Part shown: positions 10,689 to 20,995 of the stretch, in pieces
Layout: every line of letters starts with the position of its first letter
Numbering within the stretch: position 1 is the first letter of the stretch
IMG/VR virus record: IMGVR_UViG_3300033146_003479
Coordinates: 32,001-96,000 of that record
DNA length: 64,000 nucleotides
DNA from: a virus
Reading direction: 5' to 3' (one strand)
Position numbers and translations under genes: made by a program
Notes under the pieces: generated by a model
The model's database searches: none
What the model was told of the DNA's origin: nothing
Seen by the model: only the letters and a program-made list of their open reading frames with translations

Positions 10689-11126
10689 TTACCTCGATTT
10701 TCCACGTTTAATGTCATTTTGCTTAGCATTCAACATTTCAGTTATTTTCATTTCTTTCTTTATCTTCTTTAACGTCTCAGGACTTAATTTTTTAATATAT
10801 CTACTAATTAAAGTCTCATTTATTCCAAACCAAAGTGCCATTTTTTTAATTTTTGCATCAGATTTACTGTTTTTTAAAACTTTATTGTATCGTTTCTTCT
10901 TTGGCACACACTTTTGCATCAATTTATAATGTATTTCCTTTGGGATATTCGAAGAATATCTATTAAGATCTATAATATATTTATCCAACAATACAATATC
11001 CGCTTGAAAACTTCGATTGATCAGAAACGGGTCATAAATTTTCTCAATGTCTTCCCAATCTAATTCACCAACATTAGAACTTATATGATTTATAACTTGC
11101 CAAACTGTATATCCTTTCTTAATCAT
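10689..11126 (-). CDS. gp62: Clamp loader small subunit (gp62)
   Basis: YDPFLINRSF motif; lies between gp44 and regA. Confidence 0.8.
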   Translation of the reverse strand: MIKKGYTVWQVINHISSNVGELDWEDIEKIYDPFLINRSFQADIVLLDKYIIDLNRYSSNIPKEIHYKLMQKCVPKKKRYNKVLKNSKSDAKIKKMALWFGINETLISRYIKKLSPETLKKIKKEMKITEMLNAKQNDIKRGKSR

Positions 11127-11128
11127 AA

Positions 11129-12091
11129 TTATTCCTCACTAAGATATATATCTGCTACACATCCTACAAAATTTAACAGTTTATCTGCGGCTCTTGATGA
11201 TTTTTCTTGATATATTGCTAAATTCATTGCTACATTATTTATCTCAAAGTCAACATTATCAATTCTTTTAAATAAATAACCATAAATAGTTGTAAAATTA
11301 ATATCAGATAATTCCTGTAAAGTTTCTCTAACTTTCATTAAATTTTTAGTATTAATTGATTCAACTAAACGATCGATACTACCTCGACTAGTCACATTCA
11401 CTTGTGTAATTTCTCCAAATGTGTCATAAATATCCTCAAAGACCTCCCAGCAATCTCTATAATCAGGAAAATGATTAAATACGACCTTTGCTATAACTTC
11501 CGAACTATATTTAATATTCTCGGCTTCCAATACATCTTGAACTCTCTTCGAAAACGCTTGCATCATTTGTCCTTGCTCATCTTTCTGCAACTCAAACTCA
11601 AGAACCCTAAGTCGAGAACACAATGGCTCTATAAAATTACCATAATAATTTCCAGTAAGTATGAATCTCACCGAATCAGCATGCTCTTCAAGAAACATTC
11701 GCATCGCCTCTTGAGTCTGAGGAGTAAGACCATCAGCCTCATCAATAAAAACAATTTTTTGCTTTCCAAAAATAGAAACATTTTTAGCAAACGAGGTTAT
11801 CTTTGTTCGTAATGTATCGATGTTTCCATTTTGAGATCCATTAATCATTAACACATCTGCATCTAATGCTTCAATTATTATTTTCGCAATAGTTGTTTTC
11901 CCTGTCCCTGGATTTGGTGAAACTAATAACATATGTGGAATTTGTTTTGTGTCTATCCACTTCCGAACCTTTTTCTTGAGTCGTTCGGGTAAAATAACAT
12001 CATCTAATGTTTTTGGACGATATTTTAGTGCCCAAATACTCATCAATAACTCTTCTCTCTTCATTTTCATCTTACTCATAATGTTCTCCAT
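11129..12091 (-). CDS. gp44: Clamp loader large subunit, AAA+ ATPase (gp44)
   Basis: WALKYRPKTLDDVILP, Walker A PGTGKTT, Walker B FIDEAD, FILTGNY..LCSR, FPDYR. Confidence 0.95.
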   Translation of the reverse strand: MENIMSKMKMKREELLMSIWALKYRPKTLDDVILPERLKKKVRKWIDTKQIPHMLLVSPNPGTGKTTIAKIIIEALDADVLMINGSQNGNIDTLRTKITSFAKNVSIFGKQKIVFIDEADGLTPQTQEAMRMFLEEHADSVRFILTGNYYGNFIEPLCSRLRVLEFELQKDEQGQMMQAFSKRVQDVLEAENIKYSSEVIAKVVFNHFPDYRDCWEVFEDIYDTFGEITQVNVTSRGSIDRLVESINTKNLMKVRETLQELSDINFTTIYGYLFKRIDNVDFEINNVAMNLAIYQEKSSRAADKLLNFVGCVADIYLSEE

Positions 12092-12127
12092 AATAATCTA
12101 CACATAATATAAAATAAATCAATAATA

Positions 12128-12178
12128 TAATATATCATTCAATTAAAAAATAATAAAACTTTATTGAATGATATATTA
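12128..12178. repeat. Perfect 16-bp inverted repeat with 19-bp spacer
   Basis: TAATATATCATTCAAT (12128-12143) and ATTGAATGATATATTA (12163-12178). Confidence 0.85.
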
Positions 12179-12190
12179 ACCTCTCAACTT

Positions 12191-12508
12191 CTACTGAATA
12201 ATAGAACTTGTCTTTTTAACTCCACTTCTCTCAACTAAATACTGATCTTTAATCTCTGATCCTAGTTTCAATGATTCTAACTCCAGAACAAATAAAAACT
12301 TAGTCACTGGAATATTAACCTTAGTGACTTTATCTGTGATTTTATTTTTCATAATGTCAGGAAACAATAGTGGCATTACCATCATAGTATTCTCTTGCAT
12401 ATTTAAAAATAAAGAGTACGCTTGTTCTAAACTATCAGTTTCAGCATTATACTCTCCAATAATCATCGCTCCAGAATAACTCCCTAAATAAAATTCTCCA
12501 TTCTTCAT
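12191..12508 (-). CDS. Small hypothetical protein, possibly Sm-like beta fold
   Basis: G..IIGEY start and C-terminal QYLVERSGV pattern resemble small T4-like phage Sm-fold proteins (recollection only). Confidence 0.4.
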   Translation of the reverse strand: MKNGEFYLGSYSGAMIIGEYNAETDSLEQAYSLFLNMQENTMMVMPLLFPDIMKNKITDKVTKVNIPVTKFLFVLELESLKLGSEIKDQYLVERSGVKKTSSIIQ

Positions 12509-12519
12509 CTTTTTTCTCC

Positions 12520-12993
12520 TTAATTTAATAATTTTCGCATATCTATACTTCGAACTACACTTTTAACTCGGTTTATATATGTCGGATCTTCAGCATATCC
12601 CTTTAACTGTAAATCCATGTAAAATCCTTCTGGGGTTGTTCGATACTTATTTCTCGTGAAGTATCTTAACATATACTCATTAGCATCATCAATCGTATTA
12701 AAATGTCTCATACAAGATATTGGTCGACACACTTGATGAGCATTAGTCTTTGAAATTTGAGTACAGCACTGAGCATTTCTAAAATCTTTAATGCTAAAAT
12801 AATTATTTCGGATTCGATGAGAACGGTTTCTATACCATCCTGATTCTTGAATAGTCATTGCTGTAATTATTTTTGCAACAGCATTATATTTCGAATTAAT
12901 AAAAAACGAATAAATAATATTACTCTTTTTAATGATATCTGGTGATGAATATAGCACACTACTTAGAAATATCAATATTATTAATTTCATCAT
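12520..12993 (-). CDS. Glucosaminidase/FlgJ-like peptidoglycan hydrolase (putative endolysin) with N-terminal signal-like segment
   Basis: AMTIQESGW, NNYFSIK and GYAEDPTYINRV motifs; hydrophobic MMKLIILIFLSSVLYS N-terminus. Confidence 0.8.
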   Translation of the reverse strand: MMKLIILIFLSSVLYSSPDIIKKSNIIYSFFINSKYNAVAKIITAMTIQESGWYRNRSHRIRNNYFSIKDFRNAQCCTQISKTNAHQVCRPISCMRHFNTIDDANEYMLRYFTRNKYRTTPEGFYMDLQLKGYAEDPTYINRVKSVVRSIDMRKLLN

Positions 12994-13283
12994 GCTGTAC
13001 CTATTATTCGTTTCATTTCAAGTTTTAATTGAATCATTTCAAATTGAATCTGAGTTTCGTTAAATGCTTTATTAAATATAATTTCAATGAAATGAAACAT
13101 ATCTCGATCATAAGTTGAAAATGCTGAACTACTATCTAAATCACTTTGATAGTATCGAACTCTAGAACTCATAAACTGATAAACAGGGTCTTCATATTTT
13201 TTTTCGTCTTTAGTTTCATGTTGAGCATAAATAAATAATAATAATCGATCATTCACAAAACTATACGATGCTTGAACTAACAT
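12990..13283 (-). CDS. Hypothetical protein
   Basis: ORF overlapping the lysozyme start by 4 bp; TGATATACTA motif at 13312-13321. Confidence 0.45.
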   Translation of the reverse strand: MLVQASYSFVNDRLLLFIYAQHETKDEKKYEDPVYQFMSSRVRYYQSDLDSSSAFSTYDRDMFHFIEIIFNKAFNETQIQFEMIQLKLEMKRIIGTA

Positions 13284-13347
13284 ATTTTCCTCTAACTTAA
13301 TTATTCTAAGTTAGTATATCAGTATTTGAACTTTTTAAATATTTTTT

Positions 13348-13962
13348 TTAGTCCCAATCATAACCTTGGGTTTCATTATAAACTTTCAGTACAGCATCTA
13401 AATGACCATTTAGATCTTTAATTGTTTTTTCAGCATCTAATATAGTCAATGCTAATCCCACACTTAAACAATCCATAATTGCCGACACTTTTGCTGAATA
13501 TGAATTATATAATTGAGAATATGAAATCGAACGTATAAGTCCTTCCATTGCTATCACTCGATTCTCATGCCAATAATCAAACTTATCAATTGCTTCTTTT
13601 GGAATATCTCTCTCTCTCCATCTCATAAAAATTATCTCATTCGTTTTCGTAAAAAACTCCATCATATATAAATAGAAATCCTCATTATTTTGAAAATTCA
13701 TTAACGAAAATGAATGAATATTTTTTTTAGAAAATTCAGAATATGATTGAAATTTTATTATCAACATATCTTTATATACTATCTTTCTGGCAGGTAAAAC
13801 TAGATTTGGAATAATATATTTCACATATTCGTCAATTCTACGAAAAATCAAATGTCGCTTGAGTACATTATAATCTTTTTTTTTACCAAAAAGAGTTCTC
13901 GCTTCCGGGATCAGTTTTATTAACCTAACCAAATACAACACTGTTGTGACTAAAATTTTCAT
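13348..13962 (-). CDS. Membrane-anchored hypothetical protein (paralog 2; holin candidate)
   Basis: Hydrophobic N-terminus, LKRHLIF motif and helical pattern shared with 13977-14546; upstream of the lysozyme. Confidence 0.5.
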   Translation of the reverse strand: MKILVTTVLYLVRLIKLIPEARTLFGKKKDYNVLKRHLIFRRIDEYVKYIIPNLVLPARKIVYKDMLIIKFQSYSEFSKKNIHSFSLMNFQNNEDFYLYMMEFFTKTNEIIFMRWRERDIPKEAIDKFDYWHENRVIAMEGLIRSISYSQLYNSYSAKVSAIMDCLSVGLALTILDAEKTIKDLNGHLDAVLKVYNETQGYDWD

Positions 13963-13976
13963 TCATCTCTCCGATT

Positions 13977-14546
13977 TTATATTTTATTTACAAACATTAA
14001 AGTTACTGTCATCACAACATCTAATAATACAGGCATCTTTGCATCGTTACTTTTATATATATCAGAGTGACAAATGTTATTAATTTCATTTTTCATTACA
14101 TCGCCAATATCATCCAAACATCGTGTAGCCATCTCAAATTCACTTTTACTCTTTCCTAAATCCAAAAGTCTATGCTCTAAATCCTTACTCACTTTATAGA
14201 AAAAAGAGGAAAACAATTCATCTAAATCCTCTTTTCTATTCATCTTCAATCTATAATAGCGTTGAATAATCTCATTAACTCGATCGGATGTAATATTTAA
14301 ATAATTTCGCATTATAACTTTCCGTTTAGGATCCAAATTTTCACTTTGATTAATCCTCAAATGATATTCAGTAAAAATATCATAAATATCATGATTTTTC
14401 AAATTCTTCATTTTATGCTTAAATAATTTCTTAATCAATTTAATTATAGAAATTGCAACAAATGATATAACAAATATCAACTGAACCCAAGTATTTATAA
14501 AATTCGCATCTAGCCAAGCATTTAACGACATTATCAAGTCTATCAT
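13977..14546 (-). CDS. Membrane-anchored hypothetical protein (paralog 1; holin candidate)
   Basis: TM segment WVQLIFVISFVAISII followed by basic residues and LKNHDIY; late box GATAAATA at 14576-14583. Confidence 0.5.
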   Translation of the reverse strand: MIDLIMSLNAWLDANFINTWVQLIFVISFVAISIIKLIKKLFKHKMKNLKNHDIYDIFTEYHLRINQSENLDPKRKVIMRNYLNITSDRVNEIIQRYYRLKMNRKEDLDELFSSFFYKVSKDLEHRLLDLGKSKSEFEMATRCLDDIGDVMKNEINNICHSDIYKSNDAKMPVLLDVVMTVTLMFVNKI

Positions 14547-14597
14547 ATCTCATCTCCTATATCAAAATCAAAGATTATTTATCATTTTTAACCGAAA

Positions 14598-14622
14598 ATG
14601 GGTATCCTATGAGGATACCCAT
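14598..14622 (-). terminator. Rho-independent terminator
   Basis: ATGGGTATCCT-ATG-AGGATACCCAT perfect 11-bp stem followed by a T run on the minus strand, just after the 483-aa gene. Confidence 0.8.
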
Positions 14623-14647
14623 CGTAACTAATGCAATTAAGATTAAA

Positions 14648-16099
14648 TTATGAAAACTGTTTCCAACCCGCAGAAGTATGAATTAATAAACTTCCACCAG
14701 TTAATGTCAATGACTCAAGAGGAGCGAAGGTTTCAATTGTATAACTCGATACTGCTAGTGCTGACCCATCAAGTAATAAATTTATATCATCTTCTTGATT
14801 CAATTTTGTAGCAAGAACTATGGTATCATCATCTGTAATAGAAGCAACTATTCCCTTCAATGTCCAATTAATCCCATTAGCATCTTTAACATCTATTGAA
14901 ACTTTATCTCCAACATGAACTTGAGAAACACCCACAGTATTCCACCCAGCAAATGCTCCCAAAGTATTTTCTAAAGTTACGGCTGTAGTAGACGCATCAG
15001 TTAAAAATATTTTAGGTTCTCTTTTACTTGTAAGTCCTTCAACTGCTTCCAATTCTTCATCGAACAATGCAATTACTTGACCATTAGTACTTATTGCTTC
15101 TTCAAGAACAAATGTTTGATCATCAACCACAGATGCTATAATACCTCTGAGCCAATGAGTAACTGGCTTAGTAGGATCTGTAGCATCAGAAACTTCCATG
15201 AAGACTTCGTCTCCAGCAACTAACTGAAATGAACCAACTGTATTAAATTTACTAGTCGCTTCTACTGCTTTAAGTGTTTTGGCTGTTGAATCTGTAGCAA
15301 TATCAACATAAATACTTAATGGTCTTGTTACAGTAAAAGTTGCAACTGCTGATGCCGCATCAGGTAATGCTGAAATAATAGCAGAACTCCAAGCATCAGT
15401 CATAACAAGAACAGTATCGCTTGTAATTGAACTAACTATATTCGATTGAACTACATTTCCTGCTGTAATAGTAACTATATCGCCAACTAAAATCTGTCCA
15501 TCACCAACGCTATTAAATAATGATGTTCCAGCATTTGTTAAATCTGTATTTGCTGTTCCTGTATCTACCCAAACTCTCTCATCGAGTGCTGACTTTGGAA
15601 TATCACTAGTATACACATTTGATTTCTGTGGCACAATCACACTCTCAGTTCTAAATACTTTAAATGCTTTTCCATTTCCCGCAGTTAAACTTTGGATTTC
15701 ATCACTCAAAGTCTCAACAGTAGTAATCTGAGTCGCATTAATGATAGATGATATTTCAAATGGTCCGTCCAATTCCTCGTCAATTTTACCAAATCCTCTC
15801 CAAGAACCACTCTCTTCTTGAATTGATACAATATAAATTAAGTCTCCTACTCTAAAATGCTCTCTGATATCTGCAATTCCCTCAATGTCCAATGTTGTTG
15901 CGGCTGAACCAAAACAAGTTCCACCTGCAAACACATTATGACAAAGTCCCATATCATGTTTCGCAGTATGATCAACTGGAACATAATATACTTGTCCATT
16001 CTTTCTCTCACTTAACTTTGGTAAATCAAGTGCATTTAGAATTTCTCCTTTCCACTTCATTGTCTGATTAATTTTACTTCCTCTTAATACTGTAGCCAT
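14648..16099 (-). CDS. Virion structural protein with repeated beta modules
   Basis: Four repeats of the (V/A)GD.V.I...SI..DT type; Thr/Ala/Ser-rich; late box at 16157-16164. Confidence 0.55.
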   Translation of the reverse strand: MATVLRGSKINQTMKWKGEILNALDLPKLSERKNGQVYYVPVDHTAKHDMGLCHNVFAGGTCFGSAATTLDIEGIADIREHFRVGDLIYIVSIQEESGSWRGFGKIDEELDGPFEISSIINATQITTVETLSDEIQSLTAGNGKAFKVFRTESVIVPQKSNVYTSDIPKSALDERVWVDTGTANTDLTNAGTSLFNSVGDGQILVGDIVTITAGNVVQSNIVSSITSDTVLVMTDAWSSAIISALPDAASAVATFTVTRPLSIYVDIATDSTAKTLKAVEATSKFNTVGSFQLVAGDEVFMEVSDATDPTKPVTHWLRGIIASVVDDQTFVLEEAISTNGQVIALFDEELEAVEGLTSKREPKIFLTDASTTAVTLENTLGAFAGWNTVGVSQVHVGDKVSIDVKDANGINWTLKGIVASITDDDTIVLATKLNQEDDINLLLDGSALAVSSYTIETFAPLESLTLTGGSLLIHTSAGWKQFS

Positions 16100-16205
16100 A
16101 ATTATCTCCTTGATAATATTATTAATAAAAAACTCATCGTAAATATATGATAATTTTATTTAGTGTTTTGGCAATATCAATATAAAAACTAACAATTAAT
16201 ATAAC

Positions 16206-18197
16206 TTATATGTTGAGAAATCCAATGGCTTGAAATCCATCATTAGAATAATCGATGGATTGTGGATTAATCAACATAGTAGTGGGACTGACTGCTATTC
16301 CTATACAAAAAGGCAACGCTTCTTGGATGGAAATGGAAGATATTAATTCTCCCGATACATCCGAAACCATATGTGGCATATTTGTAGTCCAACTCATTCC
16401 AGAAACTTCGCAATGCCCCGCTATTCCAACTTCAACATTTGATCCAGATTCTTCGGAAGTTTTAGCAATACCAATAATAGTTGAATATCGACAATAATCA
16501 ATATTATCAACCACTCTAAAAAATTTAGTTTCCCCCGTCGAAAAGAATACAATTGAACGATTTGAATTTGGAATTATTATTCCTCCTATCGATGATGACT
16601 CCACATTTGGGAAGTTATATATTGTATGCCACCCAATATGATCATTCTTTATATGAAGATCTAATGATATCCCAAACATTTCATCACTTTGCAAATCTTT
16701 AAGAATGATTGATGGAGTTATATTAGTAAAAAACGTATCTTTAAGAATACTAACTTCAACAAACGAAACTGAATGTGTGAAATTATTCATAGGGAATTTC
16801 ATTGAATTAGAAACAATAGGCATATTATTAATTAATTTAAATATCACCATTCTGATATTATCTACATATAAAAATCGATCATCATCAATTTTAGCCAAAT
16901 CCACGCTTGAAGAATCAGTCTCTGGAATTATAGCGAAATCTGGAGTTAGAGATGTGGATGGAGTTTGAATGTCTCTAACAGACAACATTCTCAGTTTCAA
17001 TGCCCCTTGGGAATAACTAATTATATGAGTTAGTTCGAAATTAATAACTCGAATATTAGAATGAATTTCTGAAGCAAGTTCGATATTATCAAACTCCAAA
17101 GATGGAGAAGATAAATTATTATAATTAATTCCACTCCAATATAATCGATTCTCTGATGAGGTATTTTGCCAAATAGCAGTCACAATTAAAATGTCATTAT
17201 GTGTAGTTAAAACTATCTCTTGTGCCTCTGATGAGGCAATCGACACATCAAATGTTGAAATTTCATCTATATTTTCTGTATCAAAAGTGTAAGTATAAAT
17301 CTTAGTTCGAATATTGGTTAGATAGTTAAATGATAATGCTATAGTGCAAGTAGTCGAATCATTTCTAATAATTATCATATCGTGAACATTAAGTGCTCCA
17401 GCGAAAGTCATACTACTACTACTTGAAATGGAGTTATCTACATTAATTCTCATCGTTTCAAATTGAAACGAGGTTTCTCCGATTCGAATTGCCAAAAAAA
17501 TATCATCATTTATGTGCAACATAGGAGACTTATTATTATTATAAGTATCGGTGGAAAATTCAAAATCCTCTCCGAAATTAATATTAGCGAAATCGTCAAC
17601 AACACCATCTAGCAATCTAACGGCATGTCCTGCTGTAACTCCTCGATCTCCCACCTCAAAAATCGAACTTAATCCCGAAGAACTTCCTCCTGCTCCTCCC
17701 ACAATCTCAATATTCAATCTATTTTGACTAGGATCATCAGTAACAAGAACATCTCCTGTAAAGTTCAAATTTGGTCGATCGGGCTGTGATGTAGCGTTCA
17801 ATTGAATACCATGACGACTCAGAATCGGTTGCCAAATTGCAGATCCACTATCAGTATTCTTAGCAATATATATTGTAAATATACTTTCAGGATCCTCAAC
17901 TATTATAATATCACCTGGACGAAATCCAGTTGTACATTCATTGCCATTATCATCTATAAAATCCTCAACATCCACATCATACGATGCATCTGGAACTTGA
18001 GTTGTCCAAGAATTAGATCCTTCAACCTCAACCATATATATATAAACATTGGATGATATATAATTCTCCAAATCCATCCAATATGTTTCTCCAGTATCAT
18101 CTAATGCTGCCAACACTCTATTTGTAATATCGGAAGTTAATCCTCGCTTACTCTTAACCTTTAATTGATTAACAATTAATTTTGAAATACTTTCCAT
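16206..18197 (-). CDS. Virion structural / tail-associated protein
   Basis: 663 aa, beta-rich; GGAGGSSSG linker; C-terminal IIGIAKTS..VEVGIAG cement-like module. Confidence 0.5.
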   Translation of the reverse strand: MESISKLIVNQLKVKSKRGLTSDITNRVLAALDDTGETYWMDLENYISSNVYIYMVEVEGSNSWTTQVPDASYDVDVEDFIDDNGNECTTGFRPGDIIIVEDPESIFTIYIAKNTDSGSAIWQPILSRHGIQLNATSQPDRPNLNFTGDVLVTDDPSQNRLNIEIVGGAGGSSSGLSSIFEVGDRGVTAGHAVRLLDGVVDDFANINFGEDFEFSTDTYNNNKSPMLHINDDIFLAIRIGETSFQFETMRINVDNSISSSSSMTFAGALNVHDMIIIRNDSTTCTIALSFNYLTNIRTKIYTYTFDTENIDEISTFDVSIASSEAQEIVLTTHNDILIVTAIWQNTSSENRLYWSGINYNNLSSPSLEFDNIELASEIHSNIRVINFELTHIISYSQGALKLRMLSVRDIQTPSTSLTPDFAIIPETDSSSVDLAKIDDDRFLYVDNIRMVIFKLINNMPIVSNSMKFPMNNFTHSVSFVEVSILKDTFFTNITPSIILKDLQSDEMFGISLDLHIKNDHIGWHTIYNFPNVESSSIGGIIIPNSNRSIVFFSTGETKFFRVVDNIDYCRYSTIIGIAKTSEESGSNVEVGIAGHCEVSGMSWTTNMPHMVSDVSGELISSISIQEALPFCIGIAVSPTTMLINPQSIDYSNDGFQAIGFLNI

Positions 18198-18216
18198 TCT
18201 TAATCTCCTTCATTAA

Positions 18217-20757
18217 TTACCCATATCCACCATATGCTGGTCCAGACATATTAAATGATGCATATGGAGTCGCACTCGAACTTGTTATTATCCACGTCCA
18301 TTTAGTTACATATTCACCTGTCGCATCATCAAAATATATAAATTGACTTCCTTTTGTTATAGTCACTGAAGATGATGATCTTATGTAAATAGCATCAGTC
18401 ACGAAATCGTCTAAATTGGTGGAATATGTCCAACTAGATTCTCCAGTCTCTGAGTCCTCAGTAAATGATCCATGCAATGCTAATAAACATATAGTTTCGG
18501 GACCATTAGTTTTTATTCGCAAAGGCCAATATGTACGCATTCGAGTATCAGTACAAACTATTCGCAAATTGGATATAATAAATGATTCTCCTTCATGACA
18601 CATATTAATATTTGGCAACACTACTTCTCTAAAAGGAGTAGGATTAGGCACTCTATTAATAGAACTATTGGCTAAAATAATATCCATATTCGTACTTATT
18701 TGAAATGAAATATTTTCGTCATCTGACATATCAAACTCTGCAACAACTGGTAAAGTTGATCCTCCACTTAATCCTGACACATAATTAACTATTGCTTGAG
18801 TGGTTGCCCAATGGTTATGTGTAATATCTTCACTCACTGTTAAATCAGTTACTCTTTCTCTCCAAGTAGTCACATTATAATAATTGCCACTTGGGAGTTT
18901 CCACCGCAAATTATGATTTCGAGGTTGATTAATTACTGATAATGTGGATGTAGAGGGTATAGGAGTACTATTAAAAGTTATAGTGTTAACTTGAACATTC
19001 GTCGCATGAACTTCATTGAATATTCCCAATTCTCCCACAAAATTTAGAGATTGACACCATTTAACTAAACTATCGGCTGGAGTCACACTAAGTTCTGAGT
19101 TATATGTATCGTAAGTCCAAAGTCCTGCTCCGTCACCCCAAATCAATGAAGTTGCTGTTGAATCTATTTTAGGGATTTGACCTGGAGTCCCAAAAGTGTC
19201 TGGAGTATCTAATAGTGACAAAAATGATTTAGCATTACCTACTAGATTAGATGCTATTAATATTTTTCCTGGGAATTCTTCTCCATCTGGAACTTGAATC
19301 ATCACCTCATTATCATTAATCTGACGAATTTTATCAACCAATAATCTCTCTTCTTCAGGTTCAGTTTTATCCCATAATTGAATGAATATGTTGGAAGTGT
19401 TAAAGTTATGCTTAAAATTACGTCTTCGATAATTTATACCATCGTCCGTAAATAAATACCAACTCGAATAAGTAAACGTTGGAGAAGTCGAACCGTCGAA
19501 ATCGGTTGCCCAAAATAACCCATTAGGTGAAGTATTCGAAACTTCTTGTAAATTAATAATATTTATTCTACCTTTGAAGTCGCAAGTGTCCAATTCATTA
19601 CTAGGATTAGGGTCAAGTTCTGTTATTCGAAGAGTCATATTATTTCGATCATTTTTGACTATTTCATCAATATCAACTCGTCTCCAATCGTCAACTGATT
19701 GATCATTTGGCTCTTTCCACACTTCGACGACTAAATTATTAGAATCTAACTCATGTAAAAATTCTATTTCCCAAACAGTAACGTTGGGATAAATATCATC
19801 TGGAGCCCATCTAACATCTCCTATGCCATCGTGACGATCAAACTCTAAAGAAAACGTTGAATTGAAAAGATCTTCAGGATAATTCAAATAAATCATATTC
19901 TCTAGTGATATTACATTATATCCCGAATTATTAATGCTGGGATCTTCAGTTATATACTTTCCCCAATACTTATGATTTGGAGCAAAATTATCAGTAACAG
20001 TTTTACTATCAGTTATAAAATAAAAATTTCCACCAGTTGATCCCAATGATGATAATGGCATTGGCATAGAAACTTCTACATTATATTGTCCCAGATACGC
20101 AACATGATAATATACCTTACTCGGATTTCCATCATATTGTAATTTTGTATATTTTCCTATAATTATTCCCACCAACGCATTACTTTGAGTTGATTCAAAA
20201 GCAGTTTCGATTTCCCAAACATGACCTGCGGGATTTATATCATCAATGAAACTAGTTTCTTTAGTTACAACAGTCTCACCAAGATTTAATGGGGATTGAT
20301 GTGAATCATACACTCCAATTAAACTTCTATTTCCTTCATTTTCAGATAAATGTTGAATTGTCTGTTCGATTTTTCGTAAAAAGCCATCATCAGTATCTAT
20401 CTCAGTAGTTTCTTCTGGGAAAGGAGCAGTTGTGTCATCCTTTAAAGCATTTGCTTGAATAGCAATTACAAAATAATTAGTTATTCCATCAACAACCTCT
20501 TCAACTTCAATTTTATATGAACCACTCATATCCAAAGTTATATAATCAGTCTGTTGCTCACTAATATCTAATCCACTCTCGAATACATATTCTCTTGCTG
20601 GATTACCTATACTAAATGGAGTTTTTATTAATTTCCATTTTATTGACCATATAGTGCTAACTGGTTGATAATGTAACTTTATTCTAGTTTGCTGTTGGAA
20701 TGTTAATCCTGTAACTTCATGCAAAATAGTATATAAATCATTTACTATGACTGCCAT
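18217..20757 (-). CDS. Virion structural / tail-fibre-like protein
   Basis: 846 aa; HNFNTSNIFIQLWD-type modules and FLSLLDTPDTFGTPGQIPKI fibre motif; TATAAATA at 20786-20793. Confidence 0.55.
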   Translation of the reverse strand: MAVIVNDLYTILHEVTGLTFQQQTRIKLHYQPVSTIWSIKWKLIKTPFSIGNPAREYVFESGLDISEQQTDYITLDMSGSYKIEVEEVVDGITNYFVIAIQANALKDDTTAPFPEETTEIDTDDGFLRKIEQTIQHLSENEGNRSLIGVYDSHQSPLNLGETVVTKETSFIDDINPAGHVWEIETAFESTQSNALVGIIIGKYTKLQYDGNPSKVYYHVAYLGQYNVEVSMPMPLSSLGSTGGNFYFITDSKTVTDNFAPNHKYWGKYITEDPSINNSGYNVISLENMIYLNYPEDLFNSTFSLEFDRHDGIGDVRWAPDDIYPNVTVWEIEFLHELDSNNLVVEVWKEPNDQSVDDWRRVDIDEIVKNDRNNMTLRITELDPNPSNELDTCDFKGRINIINLQEVSNTSPNGLFWATDFDGSTSPTFTYSSWYLFTDDGINYRRRNFKHNFNTSNIFIQLWDKTEPEEERLLVDKIRQINDNEVMIQVPDGEEFPGKILIASNLVGNAKSFLSLLDTPDTFGTPGQIPKIDSTATSLIWGDGAGLWTYDTYNSELSVTPADSLVKWCQSLNFVGELGIFNEVHATNVQVNTITFNSTPIPSTSTLSVINQPRNHNLRWKLPSGNYYNVTTWRERVTDLTVSEDITHNHWATTQAIVNYVSGLSGGSTLPVVAEFDMSDDENISFQISTNMDIILANSSINRVPNPTPFREVVLPNINMCHEGESFIISNLRIVCTDTRMRTYWPLRIKTNGPETICLLALHGSFTEDSETGESSWTYSTNLDDFVTDAIYIRSSSSVTITKGSQFIYFDDATGEYVTKWTWIITSSSATPYASFNMSGPAYGGYG

Positions 20758-20803
20758 AGATATCTCCTATTAAATATTTACATTATATTTATAATTTTTT
20801 GAA

Positions 20804-20995
20804 CTATTGAAATTGACTCATTTGCTGTTCCATTCGCTCTCTCTCTTGTTTTTTCTTCTCAGTAAGCATACGAAGAAACATATCTCTCTCAAACGGATAC
20901 ATTCTCATAATCTCATCAAATAACCATTTCTCTCGCAACTCCAATAAACTATCATATAATGATTCTAATTTGTGAGCAAAAATTAAACTAATGAA
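20804..20995 (-). CDS. gp51: gp51-like baseplate hub assembly protein (no ATG; probable -1 frameshift product of gp26)
   Basis: LESLY...EIMRMYPFERDMFLRML resembles the small 'gp51' ORF of T4-like phages. The track start at 21037 is a GTG inside gp26. Confidence 0.7.
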   Translation of the reverse strand, partial: FISLIFAHKLESLYDSLLELREKWLFDEIMRMYPFERDMFLRMLTEKKKQERERMEQQMSQFQ

